The position numbers were made by a program, and so were the translations under genes. The notes beneath the pieces were generated by a model. The model was not told the origin of the DNA. It saw only the letters and a program-made list of their open reading frames with translations, and made no database searches. Of a stretch of 64,000 nt of DNA, positions 1 to 11,360 are shown in pieces. Each line of letters begins with the position of its first letter. Position 1 is the first letter of the stretch. Source of the DNA: Carcharhinus amblyrhynchos (taxonomy: Eukaryota); assembly GCA_965287045.1 (NCBI GenBank), contig OZ336881.1, positions 43,462,001 through 43,526,000 of the forward strand, given 5' to 3'.

Positions 1-503
1 CATAACAGTTTGGGTGATGGTTAAGGGTTTATGTTTTTCAAATTTTATTTGTGTTTATTTGGAAGACATGTGTCAAACTTATCCAACTTCAGCCTTAAAT
101 GAGACAAATCATCTATCTAAATGTAGCCACAAATTCAGTAAACATCCACTGAATCGAGCAAAAAATTGCAAAATTGCCAAAATACTTCTGCTCCAAACAA
201 CTTAAATTAGGAAATCAAGAAAATCTCTTCTTTTCCATTTATTTTTGATCTGCCAATCTATTATCTAACCTATCACAAGTGCTGACCTCTTGTTAACATA
301 TGATTCTGTGGGAGCCCATTATGTTCTCCACTATTGATGTGCCGATAAACACACTGAATAATGGCAGGCTATTTACAAACATCATAGTCAAACCTGAACC
401 TGTGCACTTCTGAAGGTCTACCAAGGGCTGCTGGGTATAATTTGAAAGCAGGAACTGTGAGTAATTTATTGAAATGTGGGGGGAGTATTTCCATGCCGAG
501 AGA

Positions 504-647
504 ATCATAGAATCTTACAGTGCAGAGGGAGGACATTTGGCCCATCAAGTCTGATAACAATTCCACCCAAATCTTATTCCGTAACCCATCTATTTACGTT
601 GCTAGTCCCCTTGACACTAAGGGGCAATTTAACGTGGTCAATTGACC
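504..647 (-). mobile_element. 3' half of HE1-type V-SINE
   Basis: Reverse complement of the tail seen in fuller copies (catagaatc..acagtgcaga..ggcccatcaagtctg..cactaaggggcaattta); compare 57120-57412. Confidence 0.8.
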
Positions 648-708
648 TGATGTGGAAATGCTGGCATTGGACTGGGGTAAGCACAGGAAGAAGTCTCACA
701 ACACCAGG
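648..708 (-). mobile_element. Penelope-like element terminal fragment
   Basis: Reverse complement reads cctggtgttgtgagacttcttcctgtgcttaccccagtccaatgccagcatttccacatc, matching the ends at 28675-28734 and 45752-45807. Confidence 0.75.
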
Positions 709-1020
709 AGACTAGTTCATGGACACTGTTGCTTTCCTGTACATTTATTGTACCATCCACTGCATTTTAGTGGTGAGGTTTCTCACCTAATCTCACCTTT
801 TTTGCAAAGGCTTAAATATGGATTGAAAAGGTTAATAATCTTTTTTAATCTCCATTGGCTGCCATCCTTTAAATTTGGTCATCAATGTAGCTGTTGTGTA
901 TGTGGTGTCTGCCTCTTTAAGATGGTGCTGCGTATGAGGACCACTTGACTTGAGAGACCAATGGGAACCGAGGGTAATTGATCACACTAGAGAGAGGGGA
1001 TTCTCTCTCAGGTAGTTAGA

Positions 1021-1295
1021 GTGGCATGGTCACACAGTGGTTAGTACTCACAGTGCCAGGGACCCAGTTTCGATTCCTGGCTTGGCTTACTGTGCATGTT
1101 TTCCCTGTGTCTGCATGGGTTTCCTTCGGGTGCTCCAGTTTCCCCCCACACGCTGAAAGATGTGCTGATTAGATGCATTGGCCATGCTAAATTCTCCCTC
1201 AGTGTACCTGAAAGGCGCCAGAGTGTGGCAACTCGGGGATTTTCACAGTAATTTCATTGCAGAACCTATTTCTGACACTAATCAATAAAATAAAC
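1021..1295 (+). mobile_element. tRNA-derived V-SINE, short-tail subfamily
   Basis: A/B-box-like head (cagtggttag, ttcgattcc), V-domain (ctgcatgggtttccttcgggtgctccagtttcc), tail ggggattttcacagta..tgacactaat. Confidence 0.85.
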
Positions 1296-1839
1296 CAATT
1301 TTGGAAGCATGTTGTAAACATACAGACAGCTTTTTGCTGAAAAAAACCTCCTGTACCAAGTTTCTCTACTCAATAAATATCTTCCCTGCGCTTAATAATG
1401 TCTCTTCTGACCATTCCAGAAGCTGGCCACACACAAAATACATAATCATAGTCAAGGGTAGCTTTAATATGAATTCACCAGCCACTTCAGATGTGGTTGC
1501 AACGTAAGGCCCAATGTGGATCAGGAGCTGTCAATGAACATGATCTCATCAAATCCACCAGAGTCACTACACAAACCTAATGGTATACAGGACAGGAGAA
1601 GACTTTGCTGTACATCTTGACTGTCACAGAAACTAATGCCCTCAATCATTCACAATCATAAATATCTAATCCCCTCTTTTTTTTCTGGGTAGTTTGTTGC
1701 ACATTTTCACCACGCTTTGTGGGAAACTGTTAGATTTAAATTGCCTGTGAATCTTCCCTCTTCAGAGTTTGAAGCCTGTGCTCCTAGTTCCCTAATTTTC
1801 AGAGTTGAACTTATCTACTGCCTGGAGCTTGAGTGTGTG

Positions 1840-2110
1840 AACAATATGCCTCTCTAAGCCTTCTCTTCTCCAGAGTAAACAGTCCCAGCTTTTCATATTG
1901 TCCTCATAGTGAAGTTAACTTAAGCTAGGTATCAGTTAGAAAGCTTTTTCCTGCACATTTGTGTTTATCCTTGCTACAGCGTAGTGACCAGAATTGTGGC
2001 TGTGTTGCCTTGTAGAGATTCATTATTACCTCTTGGGATTTGTGCTGTAATCCTTTTGCTCCATATTCCAGGTTCATTTTTTGACAGGAACTACACACTG
2101 TGCTGATGCT
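1840..2110 (-). mobile_element. Decayed CR1 LINE fragment
   Basis: ccttctcttctccagagtaaacagtcccagct..tcctcatag..gaccagaattg matches the antisense CR1 RT C-terminal region of younger copies in the window. Confidence 0.6.
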
Positions 2111-2379
2111 TTCACCGAATTATCCACCAAAGCCGTTGAACCTCTGCTTTGTTACAGCTCATACACAGGATACATTTTGTTTAGATTATCATTTATTTTC
2201 CTTTTTTATACTCATTACTTTGCATTTGTTCTCAGGAAGTACCATTTATCATTCAGAAGTTCACCCTCACAGTGAATCCAAGCAGCACTGAATTTTCATT
2301 CTAGCTTTTAGAATATTTAACTTCTTGAATTTTCATTTGGTGTCAACTGCAGCTTCAACAGAATTATTTCTGTCACCTG

Positions 2380-2883
2380 CGAGAACATACAAAGGGTGGT
2401 GAACGGAGCCCAGTCCATCACTCAAACCAACCTCCGTTGTCCTCATAGTGAAGTTAACTTAAGCTAGGTATCAGTTAGAAAGCTTTTTCCTGCACATTTG
2501 TGTTTATCCATGCTATAGTGTAGCGACCAGAATTGTGGCTGTGTTGCCTTTCAGTTGCCTTGGCAAAGCAGCCAGCACAATCAAGGACCCAAAGCACCCC
2601 GGACATTCTCCCTTCCACCTTCTTCGGGAAAAAGATACAGATGTCTGAGGATACATAACAAATGAGTCAAGAATAACCTCTTCCCTGCTGCCATCTGACT
2701 TTTGAATAGGCCTACCTTGCATTAAGTTGATCTTTCGCTACACTCTAGCTATGACATTAACACTACATTCTGCACTCTCTCATTTCCTTCTCTATGAACG
2801 GTATGCTTTGTCTGTATAGCAAGCAAGGAACAATATTTTTCACTGTATACTAATACGTGACAATAATAAACCAAATCAAATCA
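2380..2883 (+). mobile_element. Rex1/Babar LINE 3' end, interrupted by a local duplication
   Basis: Translates as QRVVNGAQSITQTNL..CLGKAASTIKDPKHPGHSPF; tail ttttcactgta..gtgacaataataaa plus CAAAT repeats; homologous to 58534-58903. Confidence 0.8.
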
Positions 2884-2891
2884 TGTATATA

Positions 2892-4130
2892 GGGCCCAAT
2901 TTTACCATTCTGTTGTGCCCATTTTCAGGCATGAAAACTTGGTAAAGTTGAGTGTGAGGTGAGTAGCATGATCCACACCTGCCTCCACACCCATTCCCTC
3001 TTTACCAAGGGCTGAAAATTGGAACCATTGGGACTGTGCCCAAAACGGGCACAACATCAATTTAAATGCATTTGTATGCATTTGAATTGATTTAATAGGC
3101 TGCATACTCTCTGATTGAGGGGTGGGAAGGCAGGTCAGATCACTGTCTGGTGGGGGGGAGACAGGTGGGTCAGATGGCTCTCTGGTGGGAGGAGAGAGAA
3201 GTGGGTCAGATGGCTCTCTGGTGTGGGGGGGGGAGAGAAGTGGGTCAGATGGCTCTCTGGTGGGAGGAGAGAGAAGTGGGTCAGATGGCTCTCTGGTGGG
3301 AGGAGAGAGAAGTGGGTCAGATGGCTCTCTGGTGGGAGGAGAGAGAAGTGGGTCAGATGGCTCTCTGGTGTGGGGGGGGGAGAGAAGTGGGTCAGATGGC
3401 TCTCCAGTGGAGGGGGGGGGTGTGTGTGGAGAGAAGTGGGTCAGATGGCTCTCTGGTGTGGGGGGGGAGAGAAGTGGGTCAGATGGCTCTCCAGTGGAGG
3501 GGGGGGTGTGTGTGGAGAGAGGTGGGTCAGATGGCTCTCTGGTGGAGAGAAAAGGAGATGGGTCAGATGGCTGTCTGGTGAGTGGGGAGAGTGGCGGGCT
3601 ATGGTGGAAGGGAGGGAGGTGGGTCAGATGGCTCTCTGGTGGGAGGGGGGGCAGGTCAGATGGCTCTCTGACTCAGATTGGGGGCAGGGGGCAGGAGCAA
3701 GGGAAGTAGGGGCAGGGGAAGAGGATGAGGGGGGTTTGCTGCCACCCTGCATGCAATTGATGGGGGGGAAGGGGGTTCTGCTGCCACTCTGGGGAGGGAT
3801 CCACAATTGGTCTGGGTGATAGGGGGGTTGGGGGGATAAGGGATCAGTTATGTTGTGGGATTCGGACAATACAGGACCAGGGGGAAGGCATTATCCGGCA
3901 GGGGAGCGTTTCTCTATCTTTCTTTTCTGTGTGTGTGCATTTGGAGACACTGATCGGAGCTGCAGGGCTTTGGGCACGTTAAGCCCTGCCCACAGGCTTC
4001 TGCAGCACGATTTGGAATCGTTGATATTTCTTAAGGCAGTGTTCGTATGGGGGTGCCTGAGAACAGGTCTAAAAGTTGGATCTGAAACACTCTCAGTTTC
4101 AAGTCTGCCCAGCATTTAGACTAGGGCCCA
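2892..4130. mobile_element. Non-autonomous PIF/Harbinger-type element containing a minisatellite
   Basis: Left end gggcccaattttaccatt is an inverted match to aatggtaaaatcgggtcc at about 6774-6791; 3810-4120 is homologous to 6125-6350 plus 6700-6770. Confidence 0.55.
3125..3674 (+). repeat. G-rich minisatellite, about 14 copies, core TGGGTCAGATGGCTCTCTGGTG, main period 36 bp
   Basis: Core starts at 3241, 3277, 3313, 3349 (36 bp spacing), with 38-39 and 48-49 bp variants. Confidence 0.95.
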
Positions 4131-5089
4131 TAATTTGGGATTTTCTGGTTCTGGCCCAGGATGGAAAATCCTGCCCAAAGTCAATTGTTCATCAAATTGT
4201 TTGTCCCGCTCACAATGATTTCATGGCAGGTGGGTCTGGAGAATTTACCCCATGGTGTAAACAGAAATGAGCCCAACACTCCATTAGCTGGTCATTGTTA
4301 GCACACAATCCACTATCTGACTAACACCCACACAGAGGCCCCAGTTTATCCATACACCTGTTCCCTTACCACCCACTGTGACCCTCTATGTAGAACTCTC
4401 TCATCATTTCATCCCTACTGCTTTTCACCCTATAACAGATCTTTCCTTTTGTTCCTTTTCCTTTATTCAAACGTACATGTCTAACTTTTCCCAATTTTGA
4501 AGAAGAGTCATTGAAATCTCTCCACTCCCAAGGAGATGGGCTTGAACATGGAACAGGGAATACTCCGGGGTGATCTTGCAGGGGGGAGGCCATCAGTGGC
4601 AGTGGCTGCCAATCTGCCAGTGGTGGATAGCCAATAATAATCAATAAAGGGTGAATAGACAGCAGGCAGAGGTAGAATTCTGATCTTATTAACCTTGCAC
4701 TTGTCAGCACTTCCACAGTACAGTTGCGGTGGATCGATAGTGGGATGCGCAGTGACAGCCTAGTGCAGTACAGAAAGAAAAAGCAACAGGGGTGAGTCCT
4801 CACGTTGTCAGACACTCGCACTGGAACATTGGGCATTCTTGCTAAAGCTTCTATTTATAAAGCCTGAGATTTAAAGTTAGCGTGGATTGGCCCAGTATAA
4901 ACTGTCAGGAACCAAAGGCTGAGATCTGTGCTGTAGTGGTGTGTGCACACAGTCATGGGGCTGGAACACAAAGGGAGAGCAAAATGGTGAGCAGTACAGG
5001 CAGACAGAGGCAGCAGAAGGGCAGTTCGGGGATAAGGAGAGGTGGGGAGTGGGTAAGATACAGAAGAGGTGGTTCCTTGAATTCTCCGA

Positions 5090-5840
5090 AAGGTAGATTT
5101 ATCGGTAACTCCTCAGCTTTATAAAAACATCAGTGTTTGCAGAAGATTGCATCTGCTGTGGCAGTTAGTTGCAGACAGCTATGCTCAACTGGATGAGAAC
5201 ATCAGGCCTTAGAGCATGGATTGCCACGCAATTCCTCTGGCAGTGGAGGTGACGGGGCTCTGACCTTATATGCTATCAGTTCATTTCAAGCATTTGTAAA
5301 GGAGATTTGTAGAATTTTGTAATTGGCCACTTACATAAATGACAGATTCCCTCTGTGTGAGGGCTTCCGGCCGTATTGAGTTCACCACAGTTGAGGCCAG
5401 TCGGTCATGGAGCGCTGTGCGATTGCCTCAATGGCAGGATTCCTTTGAACGCAGCAAGTGATAGACTGCACCCAAGTTGCCACTGAGAAACTTTCTGAGC
5501 ATGTGGTGTCTATTGTGAATAGCATGGGCTTCTACTCCCAAAATGTTCAGGCCATCTGTGACAAATTGCACTTCAGAAAAGTGTGTGCAGGTTTCCTGGA
5601 AGCTGCCAATACTCCTTTAACCCCAAGGCAGCCTTGGGTGCTTTAACCATTCAGCCCATCACACAGCCACTGGAGATGGATCCTGGGTGACAAGCGATGT
5701 CCATTGAAGTATGGCTCATAGCACCTATTGCAGAATCCATCAACAAAGGAAAAAGAATGATAAAACCATGCTCCACCAGGCAACTATTGAACAGACTACA
5801 AGACTTCTTGCGTTGCATTCCCGGTACCTTGATCATTTTC
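5090..5840 (+). pseudogene. Harbinger (HARBI1-like) DDE transposase remnant
   Basis: Frameshifted peptides AIPLAVEVT..YAISSFQ, AGF..VIDCTQVA..VNSMGFYSQNVQAICD..VCA.FPGS, WILGDKRCPL..WLIAP, HASTR.TIEQT follow the Harbinger transposase motif order (IDCTH, NRKGFHS, LGD.GYP, STR..IE). Confidence 0.85.
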
Positions 5841-5857
5841 CAGTATCTGTGCTGGCA

Positions 5858-5969
5858 CAGTAAGAAATCTCACAACATCAGGTCAAAGTCCAACAGGTTT
5901 ATTTGGAATCATAAACTTTCGGAGCACGGCTCCTTTATCAGGTTAGTGGACTCAACGCCAGCCTCTCCG
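5858..5969 (-). mobile_element. Miniature Penelope-type insertion (inverted terminal repeat with degenerate hammerhead plus forward tail)
   Basis: Minus strand reads cctgataaaggagccgtgctccgaaagtttatg..aataaacctgttggac; flanked by the direct repeat ctgtgctggca (5847-5857 and 5974-5984). Confidence 0.8.
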
Positions 5970-6089
5970 GTAGCTGTGCTGGCAGAAGATGTGCTTGAGT
6001 CATGTGAACCTGCATCCTCGATCACTCTTACAGCCACTTGATTGAACCCCCATCGCCTCTTCTGTTCTGCTGTCATTCCACTCTGCGGG

Positions 6090-6791
6090 CAATCGGTAGG
6101 GGGGAAGGGGGCAGGGGGTCACGATCGGTCTGGGTAGCTGGGGGGGCGTGTGGTTGGATAAGGAGGACAGTTATGTTGTGGGGGTGGGATAATATCTGTG
6201 GGAGCCATCGCTCCTGGGCTGCTTTATCTGCTTTTTGCGGCCCGGGAGCGATGAGGCGCAGCTGAAGGCTCCGATCGGAGCAGCAACGTTTTGGGTGCAA
6301 TAAGCCCCATCCACAGCGCAATTCAGAGTCACGATTTATTTTACAGGCCAACTGGGGGTGGCACGGTAGCATAGTGGTTAGCGCTGCTCCTTCACTGCTC
6401 CAGGGACCTGGGCTCAATTCCCGGCTCGGGTCACTGTCCGTGTGGAGTTTGCACATTCTCATTGTGTCTGCATAGGTTTCCTCCGGGTACTCTGGTTTCC
6501 CCCCACAGTCCAAAGATGTGCAGGTTAGGTTGATTGGCCATGCTAAAAAATTGCCCCTTAATGTCCTTAGATGCATAGGTTAGTGGGATTAGTGGGTAAA
6601 ATATATCGGGATATGGGGGGGTAGGACCTGGGTGGGATTGTGGTTGGTGCAGACTTGATGGGCCGAAGGGCCTCTTTCTGCACTGTAGAGTTCTATAACT
6701 GCGTATGGGGGCACCTGAGAACAGATTTCCAAGTCAGATCTGAATTGTGCCCAGATTCAGCACTTAGAATGAAAATGGTAAAATCGGGTCC
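6090..6791. mobile_element. Right end of Harbinger-type element, interrupted by a SINE
   Basis: Homologous to 3810-4120; ends in the TIR aatggtaaaatcgggtcc. Confidence 0.55.
6354..6696 (+). mobile_element. Full-length HE1-type V-SINE with CR1-derived tail
   Basis: tRNA-like head, V-domain, tail gatgggccgaagggcctctttctgcactgtag; possible short TSD aact. Confidence 0.9.
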
Positions 6792-7089
6792 AATGTGTGC
6801 AGTTAGTGTGTCTCATGAAGAATTTCTGAGTCATATATAGTTTAAAAATAAGTGTTCATTAACCACTGATTGCTATATACATACGTACAGTGTGAAGTGT
6901 AAGCTAGGAGCTGTCTCCAGGTTCGCCTCTGTCCAATACAGGATTTCACCCTGGACATGGGTCATGCGTTTCTTTATATCACACTGTATCCAGCCCCACG
7001 TCAGTCCTTACTCTTTGTCAAACTCTTGCATTACACTTCCCCCAAACTCTCTATCCAGTGTATTTACAATACATTCCTGTTTAAATATA

Positions 7090-7560
7090 AACATACAAAC
7101 CAGGAAAAGGCTATTTGGCCCTTCAAGCCTGCTCTGCTTTTATTGTTCTAAACTCCATTGGATACAAGCTGAGTCCATTCAAACTTTCCTCATTAGATAA
7201 CTCACCCATTCTAGGTATTTGTCTGAACTGTTTCCAACACATTAACATCCTTTCTTAAATAAGGTGACCAGTAATGCACACAGTATTCCAGACACACTAC
7301 TTCTGTATTTGATTCTCCTTACAATAAATGATAGCATTTTATTAGCTTTCCTAATTACTTGCTGTATCCGTATACTAGCCTTTTGCGATTCATGCACTAA
7401 GACAGCCAGATCTCTCTGCACCTGAGAGCTCTGAAATCTCTCAACATTTTTTTCCTTTCATCGTTTCTGCCAAAATGGACAATGTCATAGTTTCCTGCAT
7501 TTGCTCAATTTGCCAGATAATCACTTAACCTATCTATATCTTTTGTCTTCTCTTCACAAC
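7090..7560 (-). mobile_element. Decayed CR1 3' region
   Basis: Antisense CR1 tail (ggccc ttcaagcctgctc) and RT C-terminal sequence (ggtgaccagtaatgcacacagtattcca). Confidence 0.7.
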
Positions 7561-8059
7561 TTCCTTTGCTGTTGTGTTTGTGTTAGTTGCAATTTAACAA
7601 ACATTCTATTCAAACCCCCATCGAAGCCAGTTACCCCCCACCCTCTCCCGCTCTGCCTGCCTATGTCTCTGTGCTTATATGTTCAGGAGGCCTGGATATT
7701 TTATAGTTCTTCCAGATATTCTCCTTACAAGAGTTGGTGAAGTGGTAGACTCTCTTGTACTGGATAAACTTTGACGATGAGGAAATTCATTTTGATGTAG
7801 TTGCTAGGGCATTTGGCCAGCTGTTCTTTATTTTTTTGCATTATTGGGAATTGAGTAGCTCCTTCTCAACTCCCCATCTGGTGTTATTGATGGTCATTGG
7901 TTTATTCCACTCCTAATGGGGAGAATGAACTTGCAGCTTATTCATATTCCTCAGCCTGTTTTTCTTCCTATGTGCAGTTTCCATGCACTTTGGCATGGAA
8001 GATATCTCTTCTGATTGTGTGGATGTGACTTATCAATGGGCTCACCTTGCAGCTTAGCT

Positions 8060-8270
8060 TTCTATGCAATGGTGCTCTCATTGGGTTGGCTTCCTTGTTT
8101 CACTGAGGTGAGCTGCGGTGCGTTGACAGCTGCTTCAATGTTTCAACATCATCTGGCTGGTGGTCATACTGGCTGGAGATTGAATCATCCGTATTCTGAT
8201 GTCTTGACCTTTCTTACCTACAGATATCGGCACCAGAGGCTGAGGCTCTTCTTTGTTGTTGACTATCTCT
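8060..8270 (-). mobile_element. Possible Gypsy LTR-retrotransposon integrase C-terminal remnant
   Basis: Minus-strand peptide ..VGKKGQDIRIR.. resembles the L..GQ.VRI segment of Gypsy integrases; heavily decayed. Confidence 0.3.
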
Positions 8271-8294
8271 TGGTATCTTCCACTCGAGGTGGAT

Positions 8295-8460
8295 AGGTGG
8301 TGGATAGGCTTTGGGGAATCAGGGGGTGAGTTACTTGCCACAGTATTCTTAGCCCCTGACCTGCTCTTGTAGTCATTGAGTTTATGTGGCTAGTCCAGTT
8401 GTGTTTTTGGTCAATTGTAATCCCAAGCATGTTGATGCTAGGGGATTCAATGATGATAAC
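8295..8460 (-). mobile_element. L2/Crack-type LINE RT C-terminal fragment
   Basis: Peptide LGITIDQKHNWTSHINSMTTRAGQGLRILWQVTHPLIPQSLSTTY. Confidence 0.75.
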
Positions 8461-8464
8461 ACCA

Positions 8465-8690
8465 CTGTGAAAATCCCCTAGTCGCCACAATACAGTGTCT
8501 GTTCGGGTACACTGAGGGAGAATTTAGCACGGCCAATGCATCTAACCAGTACGTCTTTGGGCTGTGGGAGGAAACCCACACAGACGTGGGGAGAACATGC
8601 AGATTCCACACAGATAGTGACCGAAGCCAGGAATCAAACTGGGGTCCCTGGCACTGAGAAGTAGCAGTGCTAACCACTGTGCACTGTGCC
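8465..8690 (-). mobile_element. V-SINE, short-tail subfamily
   Basis: Reverse complement of the 1021-1295 type. Confidence 0.85.
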
Positions 8691-9024
8691 TGCTGTTTAA
8701 CCAGCTGGACAGTGGAATTTGTCCTGTACCATGGCTTGCTTTAGATGGATCTGTATTGTAAATGTATCTCAAATTGCCTGACAATTTCAATGGACTTTCT
8801 AAGGATCAGGTATTCATTAGCTTGAAGCAAGTCTGAGTGTGAATCGTCTACCATTCAGACAACAATTCTGTCCCTGATTAGCTCTGATTTCAGGTCACTA
8901 TCGTCACAGCCTTCAGCCACTCTGCGTATCTCATTAATGAAGGAGTAAACAGGTTCTGCTGGCTTTGAACAGATTTATTAAACTTGGCTTGTTCAAGGTT
9001 ATTTGACCTACCAAAAAAAACAAT

Positions 9025-9138
9025 GGGGTGAAGTTTGCAGGCCTGCCCGCCACGGGTGAGGGGCGGACCATGGTAAGCTCCATTGACATTGGGCGGGATT
9101 TTCCAGTTTTGGGGCGAAAGTAGCCCGAAAATCCCGCC
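9025..9138. mobile_element. Short MITE (Harbinger-type termini)
   Basis: Imperfect TIRs ggggtgaagttt / aaaatcccgcc; homologous to 37948-38074 and, inverted, to 10999-11120. Confidence 0.6.
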
Positions 9139-9184
9139 AAGTGTATTAACCTGTTCAACTTCTGCCTTTTTGTCTGGACCTGAA

Positions 9185-9798
9185 GGGGGAGGATGATATA
9201 GTTGATGTATATATGGACATCTGAAAAAGCACTTGCTAAAATGCTGCAGAATAAGCTTGTCAGCAGACTGAGCCCATGACTGGAATGGACAGTGGCTTCA
9301 AGGATACAACATCAGGTGAGCGACAGGAACAGAGAGTCCTAGTGAATGGTTGCTTTTTGGACTGGAGGTAGTTATACATTAATGTTCCCCAGGGGCCGGT
9401 GCAAGGACCATTGCTTTTCTTCATACATATTAATGACTTAGACTTGTGTATACTCAGCACAATTTTAAAACCCGCAGATGATTAAATACTTGAACTGTGA
9501 GGAAGAGGGTGTACACTTCAAGAAGGTATAGACAGACTGGTGGAATGGGAAGTAGATGAAATTTATTGTCGTGAAATGTGAAGTGATACATTTTGTACAA
9601 AGAATGAGGAGAGGTAACAGGGTAAAAATCTAATGAGTGTTCAGGAACAGAGAGACATAACTCATTGAAGGTGACAGGATAGATTGAGAAAGTGGATAAG
9701 AAGGCAAACAGGACCCTGGGTCTTATAAATCATGTACGATAACAAGGAAATTCTGATGAAGCTTTATGAAACAATTGTTTGGCCTTAGCTGAAATATT
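9185..9798 (+). mobile_element. Old CR1 RT fragment, resuming at about 11121-11165 and 11362-11420
   Basis: Decayed motifs VDVVYMD, VPQGPVQGPLLFFIHINDLD, ADD. Confidence 0.75.
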
Positions 9799-10995
9799 GG
9801 GTGGGATTTTCCCAAAAAACTTCTAAGTGTCATAACGGTGAGAAAATAGGAGTCCTCCACATTCACCTTTTTGATGATCTCGGCACTGCACTCTGCCAAT
9901 TTCCTTGATAGCTGGGAACTTTGTGCTGGAACCTATGTATGTTGGTGAAGTTGGCTTCAGAGTGCTCAGGCACCATTTGGCAGGGCACTCCAATCTGCTG
10001 GAGTACCCTCCCCCCCCGCCATAGGTATCAGGCCACTCCTCAGTGCCATTGCTATCCCAACACCGACATGGGTCGCCAGCATCAGGGCACCAGGACTGGC
10101 AAACCCCCAACATGTCCTCCTTTCATAATCCCTCTTGTGTGACTTCCCCTGCATGACCTGCCCTGTAAGACCCTCCCCCACCCCTCCGTCACAACGGCCA
10201 TCTGTGCATGGCCCCTGTCATTGTGCATAGCTTCCCTGTGCATGGGCCACAGCTCTCCTGTGATAGTCCCACCACCAGTCAGGCTCTACGTCCACAGGCC
10301 CCACTCCCTTGGCATTGTCCAATTGAGCACTGCCAGGGTGCCAGGTAGGCACTGCCTGATGGGTGCTACCTGGCCATACCCCTGACCGCTCAGAGACCTC
10401 AATGGCCTCTGATTCCTCTGGCACGGCCATGGTGCCTAATCTCTGCTACTGCAGAGCAGTAGTGATTTCCGCTGGTGTGATAACTCGCTGGCAAGGTGGG
10501 AAACATCCGGAAGAGAGGAAGCAGCTGTGCCGGACTTGATAATTACGTGGAGATACAGGCAATCTTATGTTAATGAACTTCGCACCCTTTCTGGGCATGA
10601 AGCTATTCTTGCCAGTAACATGGGGCTGGGACAATAGCAATCAAAGAACAAAGAACAAAAATAGTCCGGGAAACAGGCCCTTTGGTCCAAAGAGCCCGCG
10701 CCGCCATTTTAACATTACCAGTCCCCCCCTCCACCCATGACCCTTATCTATTGTTTATGGCATTCCACATTGAGGGAAAACTAATTTAGGGACAATTTAT
10801 TACCTCCAATCAGCCTAATAGCACACCTTTGGGGTGTGGGAGGAAACCGCAGCACCCGGAGAAAACCCACGCAAGCACGGGGAGAATGTGCAAACTCCCA
10901 CAGACACTGGCCCAAATCATATTTTTGGCCTCTCGTACTCTCTTCCTGACTCATGATGCTGATTGACACAGCAGAGAACTGGTAAAGTTGCACTC
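9799..10995. mobile_element. Non-autonomous Harbinger-type element nested in CR1
   Basis: Ends gggtgggattttccc and ggtaaagttgcactc; GC-rich body with tgcc/ggca motifs shared with 19549-20632 and 31300-31760. Confidence 0.5.
10642..10913 (-). mobile_element. V-SINE with alternative CR1-type tail ending in GTTCTTT repeats
   Basis: V-domain plus tail ggcgcgggctc..aaagggcctgtttcc..gttctttgttctttg; same subfamily as 22228-22490. Confidence 0.8.
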
Positions 10996-10998
10996 ACA

Positions 10999-11120
10999 GG
11001 GTGGAATTTCACAGCCTCATTCATCCTGATAGTGTAAAATCCCGCCCTAGGTCAATAGACCTTCTCATGGTCCGCCTGTCTCCCGATTCCCATGGCGTAT
11101 GGGATGGTAAAATTCCAGCC
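10999..11120. mobile_element. Short MITE
   Basis: TIRs gggtggaatttcac / gtaaaattccagcc. Confidence 0.65.
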
Positions 11121-11164
11121 GTAGTATCCAAATCTGGGCTGGAGTTTAGGAAGAATGTAAAACC

Positions 11165-11360
11165 TTTATCTCCATAACCTCACGTATTTACCCTAGCTAA
11201 TCCCCCTGACACTAAGGGGCAATTTATCATGGCTAATCCACCTAACCCGCACTGTGGGAGGACTGTGGGACTGTGGGAGGAAACTGGAGCACCCAGAGAA
11301 AACCCGTGCAGACACAGGGAGGATGTGCAAACTCCACACAGACAGTGACCTGAGCCGGGA
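11165..11360 (-). mobile_element. HE1-type V-SINE internal fragment
   Basis: Antisense V-domain (ggaaactggagcaccc..gtgcaaactccacacagacagtgacc). Confidence 0.8.

Noticed and set aside
3161-3674. CRISPR-like alternation of constant core and variable spacer
   Set aside because: Spacers are short G/A runs related to each other, there are no cas genes, and the context is vertebrate.
3115-3819. Long ORFs in all three plus frames (234, 195 and 143 aa)
   Set aside because: They are translations of the G-rich minisatellite, which is stop-poor by composition.
6354-6430. tRNA genes at SINE heads
   Set aside because: A/B-box heads run directly into V-SINE bodies and do not form complete cloverleaves.
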